Source of the DNA: an uncultured Planctomycetota bacterium
GTDB lineage: Bacteria > Planctomycetota > Planctomycetia > Gemmatales > Gemmataceae
Direction: 5' to 3'
DNA: 64,000 nucleotides
Assembly (NCBI GenBank): GCA_963849325.1
Contig: CAWKHF010000008.1
Span: forward strand, 1 to 64,000
In this document: one piece after another, positions 62,540-64,000 of the stretch
Position numbering within the stretch: position 1 is the stretch's first letter
How the letters are laid out: the number at the start of each line of letters is the position of its first letter
Made by a program: the position numbers and the translations under genes
The notes under the pieces: model-generated
What the model saw: only the letters and a program-made list of their open reading frames with translations
Databases searched by the model: none
What the model was told of the DNA's origin: nothing

Positions 62540-64000
62540 CTAAGGCCGCAGGCCTGGATCCCTGCCGTTCCTCTTTCGCCGTTTCGCCGACTTTCGCCCC
62601 GGCCGGTAGCCCTTGTTCGGCAGGCCCCGCTCCCCAGGTTTCTCGCCCTTGGCCGGGTTGGCCACCGTGTGGTAGTGGTCCGGGTCGTTGGCCCGCCGCC
62701 TGCGCGCCTCGATGGCTTCCTTCGGCGGCTGGGCCGGGATCAGGCAGTCGCAGCCGCTGCCGATCAGGTCCTGCCGCCCGGCCTGGATCAGTGCCTCCCG
62801 CACGGTAAACCAGTTCTCCGGCTTGAAAAACTGCATCAAGCGCCCGCTGCATCTTCCGGTCCCGAAGTCCCTTGGCGACGTACACTTCCTGCTTCGTGAA
62901 CGGGTCGATGCCCGTGTAGTAAATGCACGTGGCGATGTCGAACGGCGCCGGGAATGAAGTCCTGCACCTGATCGGGGCGGTAGCCGTTGCGCTTGAGGAA
63001 GACGGCCAGGTCGATCATCGCGTGCAGGTCGCGAGCCGGGATGGCTGGCGATGTAGTAGGGCACCAGGTACTGCTTCGGCTTGCCGGCCTCGCTGCGACG
63101 CCTGCCTGAAGTCGCGCGGCGAAGCTCTCGAAGTTGTCGTTCTCCGGCTTCTTCATCAGCGCCAGCACGTGCGGGTCGGTGTGCTCCGGCGCCACCTTGA
63201 GATGGCCGCCGACGTGATGCTCGGCCAGCTCGCGCATGTACTCCGGCGACAGCTGGGCCAGGTCCATGCGGATGCCGCTGGCGACCAGCACCTTGCGGAT
63301 GCCCGGCTCGGTGCGGGCACGGCGCATCAGTTCGACCAGCGGGCCGTGGTCGGTGCCGAGCAGCTTGCAGATGGTCGGATGGACGCACGACAGCCGCTTG
63401 CACTTCGCCTCGACCTCCGGCCGCGTGCAGCGCATCTGGTACATGTTGGCCGTCGGGCCGCCGATGTCGCTGATGACGCCGGCGAACTCCGGGTCGGCGG
63501 CCAGCTTGCGCACCTCTTGCAGGACCGACTCTTGCGAGCGCGATTGGATGATGCGGCCCTGGTGGGCGGTGATCGAGCAGAAGGTGCAGCCGCCGAAGCA
63601 GCCGCGCATGATCGTCACCGAGTCCTTAATCATCTCGTAAGCGGGGATCGGCTCGGTGTACGACGGGTGCGGCCGGCGCGTGTAGGGCAGGTCGTAGACG
63701 CGGTCCATCTCCGCCTCGCGACAGCGGCAGGGCCGGCGGATTGACGACGACGGCCTGGCGGTCGTGGAACTGCACGAGCGTCTTGGCGTTGAACGGGTTG
63801 GTGTTGATGTGGATGAGGCGCGTCGCCTCGACGAAGGCGAGCTTGTCGGCTTTCACTTCCTCGAAGCTGGGGAGAACGATGACGCTACCAGCCCGGAGCG
63901 CCAGCGACGGGTCGGACCCGTCGCTGGCGCTCCGGGCTGGTAATGCTTCCGACTCCTTCGCCCCCAGCACATAGGCCACGCCGCGCAGGTCGCGCAGGTC
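62540..64000 (-). CDS. ygiQ: YgiQ family radical SAM protein (5' part outside the window; several frameshifts)
   Basis: IMRGCFGGCTFCSITAHQGR, SDIGGPTANMY, SGIRMDLA, LKVAPEH, PYYIASHPG, QVQDFIP. Confidence 0.93.
63886..63942. repeat. REP-type perfect palindrome inserted in frame within ygiQ
   Basis: 28-bp arms around 1 nt, 57 bp in total; reads LPARSASDGSDPSLALRAG on both strands. Confidence 0.9.

Overview
GC-rich bacterial chromosomal window, most likely from a Planctomycete of the Gemmataceae type. The basis is two DUF1549/DUF1553 + DUF1501 pairs, an ECF sigma factor with a C-terminal propeller extension, DUF4058 and Uma2 proteins, and WD40/HEAT/TPR proteins. Many genes, including housekeeping mnmA, carry single-base frameshifts that are probably long-read consensus errors. 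Main findings: (1) at the left edge, a tyrosine integrase sits directly downstream of a 17-codon stub of a Gfo/Idh/MocA oxidoreductase gene, cut at an imperfect palindrome (candidate att site in a protein-coding 5' end). (2) At the right end, a ~6 kb integrase-less island lies between ygiQ and a displaced second copy of the ygiQ 3' end. It carries a DyP peroxidase / cysteine-less flavoprotein / SnoaL / two-hypothetical operon. (3) A 57-bp REP-type palindrome is translated in frame inside ygiQ, and related palindromes recur between genes. (4) There is a stand-alone IRG/IIGP-like GTPase. (5) A translationally coupled operon encodes a Ser/Thr kinase, a hypothetical protein, a triple-domain glycosyltransferase and another glycosyltransferase. 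(6) Three paralogous membrane-anchored coiled-coil genes occur in a row, and one C-terminal domain is duplicated in inverted orientation into a neighbouring ECF operon. (7) There are three type II TA modules. No rRNA, tRNA or CRISPR array was recognised. All family assignments come from motif recognition, not database searches.
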